From positions 82,755,060-82,819,059 of the forward strand of contig NC_057719.1 in the NCBI RefSeq assembly GCF_004010195.1: DNA of 64,000 bases. Reading direction: 5' to 3'. The position numbers were made by a program, and so were the translations under genes. Positions within the stretch are counted from its first letter, which is position 1. Each line of letters starts with the position of its first letter. This document shows positions 25,812 to 39,227 of the stretch, piece after piece. Source of the DNA: Chiloscyllium plagiosum (taxonomy: Eukaryota). The notes beneath the pieces were generated by a model. It searched no databases, was not told the origin of the DNA, and saw only the letters and a list, made by a program, of their open reading frames with translations.

Positions 25812-26892
25812 CTGAGATATTTGCATCATTAACAGCCACAGGTGAGGTGCTGGAAGACTGGAGGTTCACTAATGTGGTGTCATTATTTAAGAAAACCTGC
25901 AAGGATAAGCCTGGGAACTGTAGACAAGTGAGCCTGACATCAGTGGTTGGTAAGTTATTGGAGGGGATTATGAGGGATAGGATTTACATGTATTTGGAAA
26001 GGCAAGGACTGATTAGGGATAGTCAATATGGCTTAGCACATAGGAAATCATGTCTCACAAACTTGATTGAGTTGTTTGAAGAGGTGACACAGAAGATTGA
26101 TGAGGGCAGAGCAGTCGATTTGATCTATATGGACTTGAGTAAGGCGTTCGACAAGCTTCCCCATGGGAGACTGGCTGGTAAGGTTAGATCTCATGGGATC
26201 CATAGTTCCTTGAAAGTGGACTGGCAGGTAGACAGGATAGTGAAGAAGGCATTTGGTACACTCGCTTTCATTGGTCAGTGTATTGAGTACAGGAGTTGGA
26301 AGGTCATGTTGTGGCTGTACAGGACATTGGTTAGGCCACGTTTGGAACACTGCATACAATTGTGGTCTACCTGCTGTAGGAAGGATGTTGTGATACTTGA
26401 AAGGGTTCAGAAAAGCTTTATAAAGATGTTGCTGGGACAGGGGGATTGTGAGCTATGGTAACACGCTGAATAGGCCGGGATTTTTTTTCCCTGGAGCTTT
26501 GGAGGCTGAGGGATGAACTTATTAAGTTTATAAAATCATGAGGGGCATGGATGGGGTGAATATCCAAGGTCTTTTTCCTAGGGTGGGGGAGCCCAAAACT
26601 GGGGGGGGGGAGGGGCACAGGTTTAAGGTGAGAGGGGAAACATTTAAAAAGGACCCGAGAGGTAACTTTTTCACAAATAGTGGTATGCGTATGGAACAAA
26701 CTGCAAGAGGAGGTGGTGGAGGGTACAGTTACGACATTTAAAGGCATTTGAATGTGTGTATGGATAGGAATGATTTAGAGGGCTATGAGCCAAATGCTGG
26801 TAAATGGGACTAAGTCAGATTGGGATGTCTGATCGGTGTGGATGAGGGTTGGACCGAAGAGTCTGTTTCCGTGCTGTGTGACTCTATGACTT
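25812..26892 (+). mobile_element. CR1 LINE fragment
   Basis: DWRFTNVVSLFKK..SLTSVVGKLLE..MDLSKAFDK; 3' tail ctctatgact. Confidence 0.88.
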
Positions 26893-27400
26893 TAAGAGTC
26901 ATATTGGAAGCAAAACTCTGTTAATCTGTCTCCACAGATAGTGCTAGACCTGTTGAGTTTCTCCAGCAGTTTCTTATTTCAGATTTCCAGCATCCACAAT
27001 ACTTTGCTCAATCTGCATTGCATCTTGAAGTTAATTTTTGTTTCTGTTACTCTGCTTGGCAGGTTAGCACTCAGTATTCAGTTAGTCAATGGGGTTGACA
27101 GCTTTTGCATTGTGTGTGTCTTTCTCTTTTTCCTTTTTGTTTTAAGCACATGCTCTCTCTCATTGCGTGTCGACACAATGCATATATATGGAAGTTCATA
27201 ACGTGAAAGGTTGAATGAGGTCAGATTTGAATTAAGTCCCATTGTCACTGCCTATCTATCATGTTGATCTGATAGTGTTACGGCTACGCAGAACACTGAT
27301 CTGATGATCAGTCAGGAACAGTCATGTATTAGGCAAAGGACAAGGTGTTATTATCTAATCTGAACTGTAGGTGTAACTGAGCTCTCTCCCTTCCCCACAG

Positions 27401-27526
27401 CTGTATATTCATCTGGAGGCTGAGCTCGGAGCTGACAATTAACATGAGGCAGAGGCTGGCAGAGATCAAGCAGAAGGAGAAGAAGCAAATGAAGACACCT
27501 CCGCAAAAGCATTCCAGCCCAAACAG
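27401..27526 (+). CDS. MAPKBP1: MAPKBP1 exon: [28 protein letters not shown]...SPNR
   Basis: cacag|C...AG|gtata; 126 nt, phase 2->2. Confidence 0.92.
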
Positions 27527-28390
27527 GTATAAGAGCAGAGCTGTGTCTTGTAGTTCAGGAGAGACGTTCAGAACGCAGATAACTGAAAGCAAAACCACCA
27601 ACAAGAGTTTGAGGGAAATCGGGGATGTATAGGAGACCAGAAGTGTCGGTTACGTGTGGATTGTAGGAAGTTACAAAGATAGGTGTGACGTCAGGAAGGG
27701 TTTTAAACACAAGGTAAAATATTTAAGCAGAAATCATTGGTGGCCACTTTCTGCTTTGGAGGCTAATGGTGAGTTGAGCACAAGGGTGAGGGATGAAGGG
27801 ACTTGCTGTGGGTTAGGATAACGACAGCAGAGTTTGAGGTGAGCTGATGTTTCTCGAGAGTTGGACTCTGACCAAGGGAGCACTGGGCTGGTCAAGTGCA
27901 GAAATGGCAATTGGATGGGACTAAGCTTCAACCAGCACACGATCTGAAGTGTGGGTGAAGACAGGTAATAGGACAGAGGTGGAACTAAACAGTGTGTGTT
28001 GGTCAGGATATAGTGTCAGAAGGTCAGCTGAAGGTCAAACTCGCTAGTGACTTGGGGAGGAGAACAGAATCTGTGGCAAACCGAGAGAGAGCAGAGAGGA
28101 TGATGGGATAGGGAATGGAAGTGAAGACAATGCCTGATATTCCCAGTGTTAAAAAAGGGAGCATTTTTGGATCATATAGAACAAGCAAAACAGAGCCATT
28201 GGAATGGTTTAGGGGAACTGTCATTGAAGTGAAACTATGTGGAGAACTGGAAGCTGCAGGAGCTGACCAGTGTTGTTAGTGTTTATTGCACTGTTCATAT
28301 GAAAGATAAGACTAATGACTGCATTGTATCCTTCACTATCTCTGTACTCAGCATTGTCCCTATCCCCCTTTCATTTCCTTTTCTCTTATA

Positions 28391-28605
28391 CAGTCGGTAC
28401 TGCAATAACAGGGTAGTTCCATTCTTATGCAATCCCGTGTCATGAGAAAATTGTATAATAGCAGCACCATTTGAACTAATGGGGCTGGAATCATGTTATA
28501 ACAAGCTTTAAAACATTCATGCTTTAGAAACAAGTGTCTCCAATTTGTCAATTATATTATAGTGAATTTATATTAATGAAACATGCACTATAGCAGAACG
28601 ACCTG
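28391..28605. mobile_element. Tc1/mariner-pogo-type MITE (same family as 2865-3065)
   Basis: TA|CAGTCGG...CGACCTG|TA; shared internal ctaatgggg...gaatc and tttagaaaca motifs. Confidence 0.65.
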
Positions 28606-28748
28606 TATCTTGTGAACCCTGTTCTATTTCTCTCTGAATCCTTCTTCATTTTGCTCTCTCTCTCTCTCTGGTTGTGACAATACAAAGGTTGATTCCAGAT
28701 CATAACACCTTCCTTTGTATTCCCCCCCCCTCACCTCAAACACCGCAG

Positions 28749-28900
28749 GCGGGAAACATTCGATGTGGCTGCACAGACAGCTATGTCCTCTGACAGTGAG
28801 AAGGAAGCGGAGGATGATGGAAATGAGGAGGACGAAGGACACTGCGAGGGCTCTGCACGCATCACACCAAAGCGAGGCATGACCGCGAATGTGGCGAATG
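28749..28900 (+). CDS. MAPKBP1: MAPKBP1 exon: RETFDVAAQTAMSSDSEKEAEDDGNEEDEG...VAN
   Basis: cgcag|G...G|gtagg; 152 nt, phase 2->1; SSDSEKE matches the conserved SSDSDKE motif. Confidence 0.88.
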
Positions 28901-29064
28901 GTAGGTCCACTCTTACTGGGGAGCTGTGTGCAAACAGAGCTCCTGCAGGCCTTCATCTCTTCAACCAGCTCCTTGAACCTTTGGGAGAGCCTGCATTAGT
29001 CACTTTCAGTTCTGGTTAATCTTCCAATGTAATGCTGCAGACATTGTGTGTCATCCAACTCCTA

Positions 29065-29935
29065 GAAGCATAGAAAATAGGAGCAGGAGCAGGTCTTTGA
29101 GCCTGCTCCACCATTCCATATGATCATGGCTGATCATCCATCTCCTGTACCTGCTTTTTCCCCATGTTCTTTGATCCCATTAGCTTTGGGCGTGTTGTGG
29201 CTGTACAGGACATTGGTTAGGCCACTTTTGGAATATTGCATGCAGCTCTGGTCTCCTCCTTATAGATAGGATGTTGTGAACCTTTGATAGGGTTCAGACA
29301 AGGATGTTGCCAACGTTGGAGGGTCTGAGCTATAGGGAGAGGCTGAATAGGCTGGGGCTGTTTTCCCTGGAGCATTGGAGGCTGAGGGGTGACCTTACAG
29401 AGGTTTATAAAATCATGAGGGGCATGGATAGGATAAATAGACTCTTTCCCCTGGAGTGGGGGAGTCCAGAACTACAGGACATAAGTTTAGGGTGAGAGGG
29501 GAAAGATTTAAAAGGGACCTCATGGGCAACGTTTTCACGCAGAGGGTGGTGCATGTATGGAATGAGCTGCGATGGGTACATGAATAGGAAGGGTTTAGAG
29601 GGATATGGGCAAAGTGCTGACAAATGGGACTAGATTGGATTGGGACATCTGGTCAGCATGGACGAGTTGGACCGAAGGGTCTGTTTCTGTGCTGTACATC
29701 TCCATGACTCTATACCTATGCCTATCTTCTTCTTTAATGTTTTGGCTTCAACCACTGTCTGTGGCAGAGAATTCCACAGGCTCATCACTCTTTGGGTGAA
29801 GACATTTCTCATCTCCCTGTGACTGGGACCCCTGGGGCTGAAGACCCTGGTCAGCAGGAAGAGCATCCTTCCTGCGTTTACCCTGTCCAGTGCTGCTAGA
29901 ATTGTGTAGGTTTCTATGAGATCTCTCCTCATTTA
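29065..29935. mobile_element. Nested CR1 fragments (+ copy 29190-29712 inside an older - copy)
   Basis: RLGLFSLEHWRLRGDL on +; RRDLIETYTIL on -. Confidence 0.75.
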
Positions 29936-30580
29936 TATAAAATAATATTCTTCTTATATTCCTTACTTCAGCAACCATTCTTCATGGACATCAGGTTACT
30001 AATTCTAGCTGGTGCTAAAACTGTCTTACAACATTGGTCTGCACTAAATCTGATTCTCTACAGCACTTCCAGAAAAGCATTGACACCATCACACTTACCA
30101 GGGAAATGGGGGGTTGATCACTGTGGATCATGCAAGTAGGCAGCGGTAGCTGTCCCAACATCTAGATAACATGGAGTTATCACTGGTGCTCCTGAGGAGA
30201 GGAAATCCAACATTGTACCATTGAAGACCCAATAGGAGTCTAGCGCTCGACCATTAACGATAGTGAGCCATGGGAGTCCAATGGTGTCATATTTAAACAT
30301 TGGCCAGCCAACAATGTATCTGAACTGTTGTTATAACATGGGGGTCCAGCAGTGTATATTACCAACTGCCTGCGAAATGACTAGACAATGTAAAACTATG
30401 AAACCCCGCGCTAAAGTTACAAAGTTCATTTGGAAATGATTACCATATAGTTTCGAGTAAAGATGTCAAGATAAATGCACCACTATATTCGAGGAAAGCG
30501 GTGTGCCAGTTGGTGGTGAGGTGATTTAGCTAACACTACAGAGGAAAGTGATTGACGTCCCCTCCTTTTGTGTGTTCCAG

Positions 30581-30645
30581 ATATCCCCACAAGGATACAG
30601 TATACCGGGAGCATGAAGAGTCTGTACCATTGGGAGAATAGTAAG
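30581..30645 (+). CDS. MAPKBP1: MAPKBP1 small exon: DIPTRIQYTGSMKSLYHWENSK
   Basis: tccag|AT...AAG|gtaat; 65 nt, phase 1->0; SLYHWE resembles mammalian SLSHWE; needed to join the neighbouring phases. Confidence 0.82.
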
Positions 30646-31009
30646 GTAATTTTCCATTCAGAATTTCAGCTCAGCAAGTGTAGAGAGCATACCTGCTCCT
30701 TCTGGTGTTGAATGCAAGGCAGGGGTCACTTTATTAGCTATAGATAATTGTGGATTTAATGGGGTTTACTAAATGTGCCAATTTTGAGAGGTTTGAGCAT
30801 GATTGAAGCTTACTTATTTTTGACTTTGCACCACCTTTCACATATTGTCTCAGACTGTCTATATGAGTTGTATATAATCCACATTCATATACAGCACCTA
30901 TTATATTCATGGCTTAATCATCATACATTCCATTGTCTTTATGATATTAATGTATTAATACAGGAGTTAATAAATCTCCTTAAAATAAGTCCTGTGCTTG
31001 ATGTGTGGT

Positions 31010-31340
31010 GGGTGGCACGGTGGATCAATGGGTTAGTACTGCTGCCTCACAGCACCAGGGACCTGGGCTCGATTCCAACTCGGGCGACCGTCTGTGTGGA
31101 GTTTGCATGTTCTTTCCCCTGGGTGCTCCGGTTTCCTCCCGCAGTCCAAAGATGTGCAGGTTAGGTGGATTGGCCATGCTAAATTGCCCAGAGTGTTCTG
31201 GGATGTGTAGGTTAGAGGCATTAGTCAGGGGTAAATGTAGGGATTGAATGGGTGGGGTGGATGGGTCTGGATGCTCTTTGGAGGGTCAGTGTGGACCCGA
31301 TGGGCCAAATGGCCTACTTCCACACTATAGGGATTCTATG
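31010..31340 (+). mobile_element. HE1-type SINE
   Basis: ggcacggtgg..gttag..ctgcctcacagc A/B-box head; tail agggattctatg. Confidence 0.82.
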
Positions 31341-31707
31341 TACAATCCTCCCTCCCTGACAATGTGGTGTTTCAGACTCTAGCCCTTATGAAACTTGTTG
31401 ACCCTTGGTGACCATGCTTTCAGCTGCTTTGGCCCTGGGTTTTGGAAACCCCTGTGTATTTGACTCTCTGCCCTCCTTTCACGGCTCCTTAAAACCGACC
31501 CCTTTCACTAAGTCTTTTGTCACCCGCCCCGAGCTCTTTGTGTACCGACCCCGCCCAGTCTGCTGTGATTCAAGGAAGTGGCCAAGTTGCCACCACCTTC
31601 TCGAGGGTGATTAGCGAGGGGCAGTAAGTGGTTGTGCATCCCAGCCAGCTGAACCCACATCCTGTCGAAGAGGGAAAGATAAAAATCAGAATCAGAGTAG
31701 TGTCGGA

Positions 31708-31920
31708 AAGTGTGTCGCTGGAAAAGCGCAGCCGGTCTGGCAGCATCCGAGGAGCAGGAGAATCGATGTTTCGGGCATAAGCCCCTCATCAGGAATGTCA
31801 GAGCTTATGCCCGAAATGTCAACTCTCCTGCTCCTCGGATGCTGCCTGACCGGCTGTGCTTTTCCAGCACCATGCTTTTTGACTCTGACTCCTCCAGCAT
31901 CTGCAGTCCTCAGTTTCACG
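31708..31920. mobile_element. Penelope pLTR inverted dimer; hammerhead core at 31765-31792 (-)
   Basis: Inverted arms spanning about 31715-31870, followed by the pLTR tail. Confidence 0.8.
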
Positions 31921-32118
31921 CAGAATAGTGTCAAACGTTGTCTGGTAGTTGCTCTGACGAACCTTGCGAGGTTTACTAAGTAAGAGGTGCTGTATAAATG
32001 CTCGTCGCTGTGTTGGGGGATGTCTTGCAGAGTGAGGATTTCGTTTTTCATGAAAGTATGCCTCTTGGAATGATAACTGGTGTCTCCTCCCCACCCCACC
32101 CCACCCCCCCAAATGTAG

Positions 32119-32379
32119 GCAGAGGACGTGGCGATCAGGTTGGACTCGATGCACAATCATGTCCCTCGTCCCAGGGGCCGCTGGTCCCGTCACGCCAACA
32201 ACCTGGAGCTGAGTGTGAAGTCGATGCTGGACCTCCGAAACCTGGACTCCTTCTCCTTCTCCCCGCTGACGGACTCCGCACCCAGGGCTGGAACGGCGCT
32301 GTCCGGGAGCAGGGTTTCCGAGGAAGCTAGTGACCACGAACGCCGTGTCCGGATCAGCATCGAGACCCTCCTGAGCGAC
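32119..32379 (+). CDS. MAPKBP1: MAPKBP1 exon: AEDVAIRLDS...RPRGRWSRHANNLELSVKSMLDLRNLD...LLSD
   Basis: tgtag|GCA...GAC|gtgag; 261 nt, phase 0->0. Confidence 0.9.
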
Positions 32380-33529
32380 GTGAGTGGTGTTCCTGCGTGG
32401 CGGCCATTCGGCCTTGTCGTGCTAGCCCTTTCGAAATTGTTTCTGATTACAAAATGCTCCAACAAAATGGGGGTTAGACTCTGCAACCTCATGCAGACCC
32501 TATCTTCCTCCACTGGAATTTTCCCCTCTGGTCCTGGCCTTTAGCACAGCTTCCGTTCCTTCACCACCCTCGCCCTACTCCCCCACCTGTCGCAACCCAT
32601 GCTCTAGAATATTCTGCCTGTAGCCCTCCACCCCTCTCCCCTTGGCAATTCCACACCTACTTTGTTTTGCTTCTCTGTGTAGCCCAACATTTCAAGCATT
32701 TATCCAAGTGAAAGGTGTAACTAAATCCTTTCTCTCCATGCCTTCAGACGTTAAGTTTTCAGATTGCAACAATTCTCAGCGTGAAAAATGAAAAAACGAA
32801 ACCTCTCTTATTTTAATCTGAGTTATCTGGTGACCAATCTTTGTCAATTGGAAAATATTTCTTCCTAATTATCTAACAGCTTATGATTCTGAGCACCTCT
32901 GTTAAATGCCCCCGTAATCTTTTTTTTGGCTTTAAAAGCAACCTCAACATCTCCCGTTTCTCCACATGATAGAAGTTCCATATCCCTGCACCATCCCAGT
33001 GAATCTCTTCGGCAACCGTTCCTCCAAAGCACTGATGTTCTTCTCAAAGTGTGATGCTTGGATTTGGCCAACAGAATTCAGCCTGAGGCCTGAGGGTTAG
33101 TGTAAATTCCTCACTCTTCTACACTGCTAACAAAGCCCAAGGATGTCCTTTCTCCTTTTCCAACACCCTTCTTGATTTGGCCAATCAGCTCGAAGAATGT
33201 GTGGATGTCTTCTGCCTGTTCCTGCAAGCCCCTACAAAATGGGGGCTAATCTCTGCAACCTCATGCTGGCCCTCCCTCCCTCCACTGGAATTTTCCCCTC
33301 AGATTCTGGCCTTTAGCATACCTTCCGTTCCTTCACCACCCTCGCCCTACTTCCCACCTGTCTGGACCCACACTCTAGAACATTACATCCCTCCACCCCT
33401 TTCCCTTTGGCAAGAGAGTCCTTAAAACATGAGTTTTTTAACAAAACCTTTTTGTTCATAGAATCCCTGCAATACAGAAAGAGGCCATTTGGCCCTTCGA
33501 TTCTGCTCTGACTCTGCGAAGAGCCAATC

Positions 33530-34110
33530 CATCAAACCTGCACATCCCTACTCACTATAGACAATTTACCGTGGCCAATCCACTTAGCCTGTTCATCCTT
33601 AGACACTATAGGCAATTTACCATGGCCAATCCACCAAACCTGCACATCCCTGGGCACTATAGGCAATTTACCATGGCCAATCCACCTAGCCTGCACATCC
33701 CTAGGTACTATAGACAATTTACCATGGCCAATCCACCTAGCCTGCACATCCCTTGGCACTATAGACAATTTACCATGGCCAATCCACCTAGCCTGCACAT
33801 CCCTAGGTACTATAGACAATTTACCATGGCCAATCCACCTAGCCTGCACATCCCTAGGTACTATAGGCAATTTACCATGGCCAATCCACCTAGCCTGCAC
33901 ATCCCTAGGTACTATAGACAATTTACCATGGCCAATCCACCTAGCCTGCACCTCCCTACTCACTATAGACAAGTTACCATGGCCAGTCCACCTAGCCTGT
34001 GCATCCTTAGACACTATAGACAATTTACCATGGCCTATCCACCTAACCTGTGCATCCCTACTCACTATAGACAAGTTACCATGGCCAGTTCACCTAATTG
34101 TATGTCTTTG
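33530..34110 (-). repeat. 51-bp tandem array (about 11 copies) expanded from the HE1 SINE internal repeat
   Basis: Unit actatagacaatttaccatggccaatccacctagcctgcacatccctaggt; produces the 17-aa repeats in the ORF track; SINE tail at 33455-33520. Confidence 0.88.
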
Positions 34111-35087
34111 GCTGCCTCAACACTTCCTACTGACACGTAGGTACGGCTCAGTGTCGATTTTGTGGTTGGTGATGCCTTTGGGGAGTGTTTTGAGAGTTTT
34201 TGTTTCTTCCCCATGTGAAATATGCTCCTCCAGATTTACACCCATTACACTCTGGCTGCTTTTTCTCACTTGTGTCAGCCCGTGTACATTCTGTGTAGGT
34301 TGTCTTTGCTGTCTGTTTTATAACAGTGCAGATTTCCAGACTGACTCTGCGCAGTCTGATTTACACATTGTCCCAGACAGGGTCAAAATGCCCTGACCAC
34401 CACTTGCTGCAACAAGTTGATTTTTTTCTTCTGTAGATAGCACCGAGAGACTTCTGTCATTGTGTTGAACCTGTTCTCCTGGAGATGTGGTTAAGGGAGT
34501 TTATCAATGTGATATGAAGGAGTGCACAATGTGTATAGAAGAGGTAGAGCAATTTTGTCTTCAGCAAAGAGCACAACAGCCTGAGACACTACTGCCAAGT
34601 CTGGCCAGGCATATTCAGGGAGGCATTGTTGAGGCTGTAGGTGAATAGAGCTCAGGTATTTCAGGAGGAGTTCTATTGTCTCCATCCATCCCTCCGTGTG
34701 CAGTCATTTATACATATTGAGACTTGGTCTAACGTCACACGTCAGCCTAGACAATTATAGACATATTCTTTTTTCCTTTGGCCGAACATTGGCCCCCTCG
34801 GCATGACCTACCATCTCCAAAAGCCTGAAGTTCCCAACATTGTTCACCCAGTAATTCACACGTTCCTATGTTACACCACCATTGCACAGCTATAGGAAAG
34901 CAGGTACTTTATAAATCGATTGCACAACCCTTGACTGTCAGTCAGCCTATTTTCCTGCCTCTGCTACTGTTACGACTGAAAGGTGCAAGTATTTTGTCAG
35001 GCACTTTTTCTTTTGAGCCGTCTACCTGCGAGTCTTGGCGTAAGTCTGTTTGCACCTGTGTCCTGGAAATGAACCTGTACTTTGCAG

Positions 35088-35323
35088 AGGGCAGCCTCGC
35101 AATCGCCCCGGACATCTCCATCCCAGCCTGAGACCCCGTTCCCATTGTTTCCCCAACAGATAGAGGAGCAAGAGTCGACAGATGCGCACAATTTCGTCAG
35201 GCCCTGCAGCATTGCAATCCCCACATGTGAGGAGGGCATATTCAGTCAGGAGCTGGAGACGCCGGAGGTTGAAGAGCGTACCATCTACCCAGTGCACACG
35301 GGGAGCACTGGTGAGACGGAGGG
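35088..35323 (+). CDS. MAPKBP1: MAPKBP1 exon: RAASQSPR...CEEGIFSQELE...TIYPVHTGSTGETEG
   Basis: tgcag|AGG...GG|gtgagt; 236 nt, phase 0->2. Confidence 0.85.
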
Positions 35324-35400
35324 GTGAGTCCTGATGCTTATGTGAGACCCTGTGTCCAAGCATGACCGTGGAGAAAGGGCACCTCGGAGGCTGATGACTT

Positions 35401-35720
35401 GGGCAGCACAGTGCATCTGTGGTTAGCACTGCTGCCTCACAGCGCCAGGGACCCTGGTTCGAATCCAGCCTCGGGTGACTGTCTGCGTGGAGTTTGTACA
35501 CTTTCCCCCTGTCTGCGTGGGTTTCCTCCAGGTGCTCTGGTTTCCAAAGACGTGCAGGTTAGGTGGATTGGCCGTGCTAAATTGCCCTGTAGTGTCTGGG
35601 GACGTGCAGGCTAGGTGGGTTAACCATGGGAAATGCAGGGTTACGGGGATAGGAAGGGATACTCATCGGAGGTTTGGTGTGGACTCGAATGGCTTGCATC
35701 CACACTGCAGAGATTCTATG
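35401..35720 (+). mobile_element. HE1-type SINE
   Basis: gggcagcacagtg..ggttcgaatcc head; tail agattctatg. Confidence 0.82.
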
Positions 35721-36368
35721 GTTGAGGGTGCCTCAACTTGGAACAACAATGAAATATCTAGTGCTAAGTTGTGAAGGCAGCAACTAAACTTTGTTTATGT
35801 CTTGGGCAGAAAAAAACGACTCTCTATATTTATACAGCACTTTTTTATGACCACCAGAGTGCTTTACGTCCAGTGAAATACTTTCAGAAGTGTGCTCGTT
35901 ATTATATTGTAAATGCAACAGTCGGTTTCCACACAGGCAAGTTCCCACAAGCAGCAATGTGGCAATGACAGGATAGTGTTCCTTTTGTCATATTAGATTG
36001 AGGGATTAACAGAGAACGCGCCTCCTGTTCTCCAAAACACCGCCACGGGGTCTTTCCTACCCACCTGAGCAGGCAGAGGGAGATCTCGGTTTCATGTCTC
36101 ATTTTGAAAGCTGGCTACTCCTTGGTTTTTTTTGTGTCTCTCGTCCCTGGAGTGGGATTAGAACACAGAGCCACGTGCGCTACCAAGTGATACACGGCTA
36201 GCAGCAAACAGCATCCTTGCCTGGCCACATCGACATCCCGGGAAAGAATCCTGAGGGACCGAGGGCAATGCCCTTTTACGGAGAGGGAGGTGGATTCTGT
36301 TGCATTGGCTGCGGGGGCAGATTCGGTTTGCACAGTGATGTTAACAGCTTTCCTCCATGCCTTGCCAG

Positions 36369-36514
36369 TGAGTACCAGGTGAAGGAGCTGCAGCACGGCA
36401 CCCAGGAAAAGCCTTACCGCAGCCACGGCGTCCTGGAGAAGCACAGTCCCGACAGCGCCTGCTCTGTGGATTATTCCAGCAGCCACTTCTCCAGCCCCGA
36501 ACATCCACACGAAG
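36369..36514 (+). CDS. MAPKBP1: MAPKBP1 exon: EYQVKELQHG...EKHSPDSACSVDYSSSHFSSPEHPHE
   Basis: gccag|T...G|gttag; 146 nt, phase 2->1. Confidence 0.93.
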
Positions 36515-37724
36515 GTTAGAGCCGAGGGCGCGTTTCCGGTCCCTTCTCGTTCCTCCCTCTGTGGGGATAAAGCCCTGAGATTCATGGCCACGTATTGGTA
36601 CTCGCTCATCACCAGTAGATAGATACTGCTGTTGAAACATAGAAACCTAGTTTCTGTGCAGCACAGAGCAAGGCCCATTCAGTCAACTAGTCCATGTCAA
36701 TGCCACGTGAACCGCTCCTTGCCATTCCCCTTTCTCATTCCATGAGCCGAGCCCCCTATTCCTTCCTCCCTGGTGGGCTTATCCAGTTTCCCCTTAAATG
36801 CATCTTATGCTGTTCACTAAACTGGAGAATCCTTTTCCTTCCAGTATTACCAGTGAACACTTTCTGTTCCAGAACTGAATGGGTTTTAGCAGCTCCACCT
36901 CACTTTTGATTTGATTTTGATTTATTATTGTCACGTGTACCTAGGTACAGTGAAAAGTTTTGTTTTGTGCAACGTACAGGCAGATCACACCGTACAAAGA
37001 TCACAGGGTGATTGAACAGAGCGAGGAATACAAAGTTACGGCTGCAAAGTAGGTTCACAAAAGCCATCTCAACGTTAGATTTGAAATTTGAGAGGTCCAT
37101 TCAGAAATCTAATAATCTTCAGATTTAAAAGAACATTGTTAGAAATTTTAACAGACTTAGAATTGAGGCTTAAAAGTGTAGAACGCTGGTAGGAAACGTG
37201 AGAATAAGATCCGCTGTAGAGCGCTCGCAAAGAGTTGCGCTGTGTGGATGCCATTTTGAATCACTTGGGGTTCTCCATTCAGGTAAGGAGTGTCCACCTA
37301 AATCAGTCTGTGATCAGGCAGCAGAGATCTTCAATTGGACTTCAAAGCTGGGCTGGTTCCAGAGCGCTTCGGCGGGTCAGTGTGGACTTGTTGGGCCGTA
37401 GGGCCTGTTTCCACACTGTAAGTAATCTAAATCTAAAGTGAAGAGGGACTGTTCTAACCCATTTGCACCCTCAGATGGTTGCACTTATTTGACCTTGATT
37501 TTAAAGGTTTCTCAAACCAAAGAGAGTATTGCCCGGGAATTAAGCTGCGTGTGATACTGGTTTGTTGCCGTGGAATTGTTCTAAGAGACGCTGTGCCAAA
37601 GGGGACATGGCAGTCGTGGGAGTATTGCTACTCCCACTGGCCTCTTCCAACCTGTTCTCACTCGGCAGGGAGGCTGCTAATGATTCTCACTTCGCCTGAC
37701 CCACTTGGAGCTGAGAAGCAGGAG

Positions 37725-38470
37725 GCATAGAGTCACACAGCACAGAAAGAGGCCCTTCGGCCTACCTCAGCCATGCCGATGTATTTCCAAAACCGAACTG
37801 GTCCCATTTGCCTGCGTTTGGCCCACATCCTCTAAACCCTTCCTATTATGTACCTGTCCGGGTGCCTTTTAAATGTTGTAATTGTACCAGATCTGGCAGA
37901 TCGTTCCATACACAAACCACCCTCTGTGTGAAAAGGTTGCCCCTCAGGTCCCTTTTAAATCTTTCCCCTCTCACCTGAAACCTGTGAGTATTTGGACTCT
38001 TCCACCCTTGGGAAAAGACTTTAGCTATTCACCTTATCCATGCCTATCATGGTTTTATAAACCAATGAAAGGTTGCCCCTCAGCCTCCGAAGCTCCAGTG
38101 AAAAACTCACAGCCTATCCAGCCACTCCTTATAACTCAAACCCTCCAGTCTTGGTAACATCCTAGTTAATCTTCTTTCACCCTTTCCAGTTTAGTAATGT
38201 CCTTCCTGTAGCAGGGTGACCAGAATTGTACACAATAATCTTAAATGCGACCTGACTGATGTTCTGTACAGCTGTAACATGACATCCCAACTGCTGTAGT
38301 CAGTGCTCTGAGCAATGAAGGTAAGCGTGCGAAATGCCGTATTCACCACCCTGTCTATCTGCGACTCCACTATCAAGAAACTATGTACCTGCGCCCCGAA
38401 GTCTCTCTGTTTATCAACACTCTGCAGTGCCCTACCATTCACTGTGTAGGTTCTGCCTTGGTTTGTCTTA
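37725..38470 (-). mobile_element. CR1 LINE 3' fragment
   Basis: - strand QRDFGAQVH..LYRTSVRSHL; typical 3' UTR. Confidence 0.8.
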
Positions 38471-38545
38471 CCAAGTACTAGGCTTTGGGGTGAAAGTATG
38501 CCCTCGGGTGGTGGTGTGGGTCATCACTTCCTGTTGCCGTTGCAG

Positions 38546-38716
38546 ACTCGGAGTGTACAGAGCCGCTGAGTGTGGATGGAATCTCCTCGGACATGGAGGA
38601 AGAAGAGGAGGAGCTGAGCAGGAGCTTCCCACGTGACACCACGGTGCCGAGGACACCAGACCAGGAGCAATTCCTGAAGCAACATTTCGGGACCCTGGCC
38701 GATGAGAGTATTGGAG
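38546..38716 (+). CDS. MAPKBP1: MAPKBP1 exon: DSECTEPLSVDGISSDMEEEEEE...TPDQEQFLKQHFGTLADESIG
   Basis: tgcag|AC...G|gtaag; 171 nt, phase 1->1. Confidence 0.93.
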
Positions 38717-39227
38717 GTAAGGCCATCTCAGCTGTCAGGAGCTGTTGTGAACTTGTAGATTCCCAACAGATTGCCAGCTCCCACAGTGCCAGTAGAGGAA
38801 CCCTGGCCATTGGTGCCATCACCAACTTGTTTGCTGGTACCTCCCGGCATTTGGACTTCCTCTTGGGAAATGTTCCACTCTGCCATGTAGTGGTCTCTCA
38901 CGCACAAAATGATTCCAAACCATGGCTGGGTTTTGTAAAATTCACTCTGACAGAGGTGAGCTGTGGCTCTAGAATTCCAATTCCTGTTCCAAAATGCACT
39001 TGGATAGACAATTACATGCAGCCAAAGAACTCCTGTCTGTCTTCTGAGTATTACCAAGTACCCAGTGCTATGATAGCATGTATGATCACTACCCCGATGG
39101 AGTATTTAGTAACATGCAGCATTTGATTTGACATGTTAGGTATTTTGAGTAATTTTTACCCCCATTGTATTTTTTGGCTGTAATCTATTCCCTTCTCTTC
39201 AGTGTTTTATTAGTCTCCAGTTACTAG

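Noticed and set aside
35311..35316. Alternative donor G|gtgaga in exon 35088
   Set aside because: Gives phase 1, incompatible with the phase-2 acceptor at 36369; the donor after 35323 fits.
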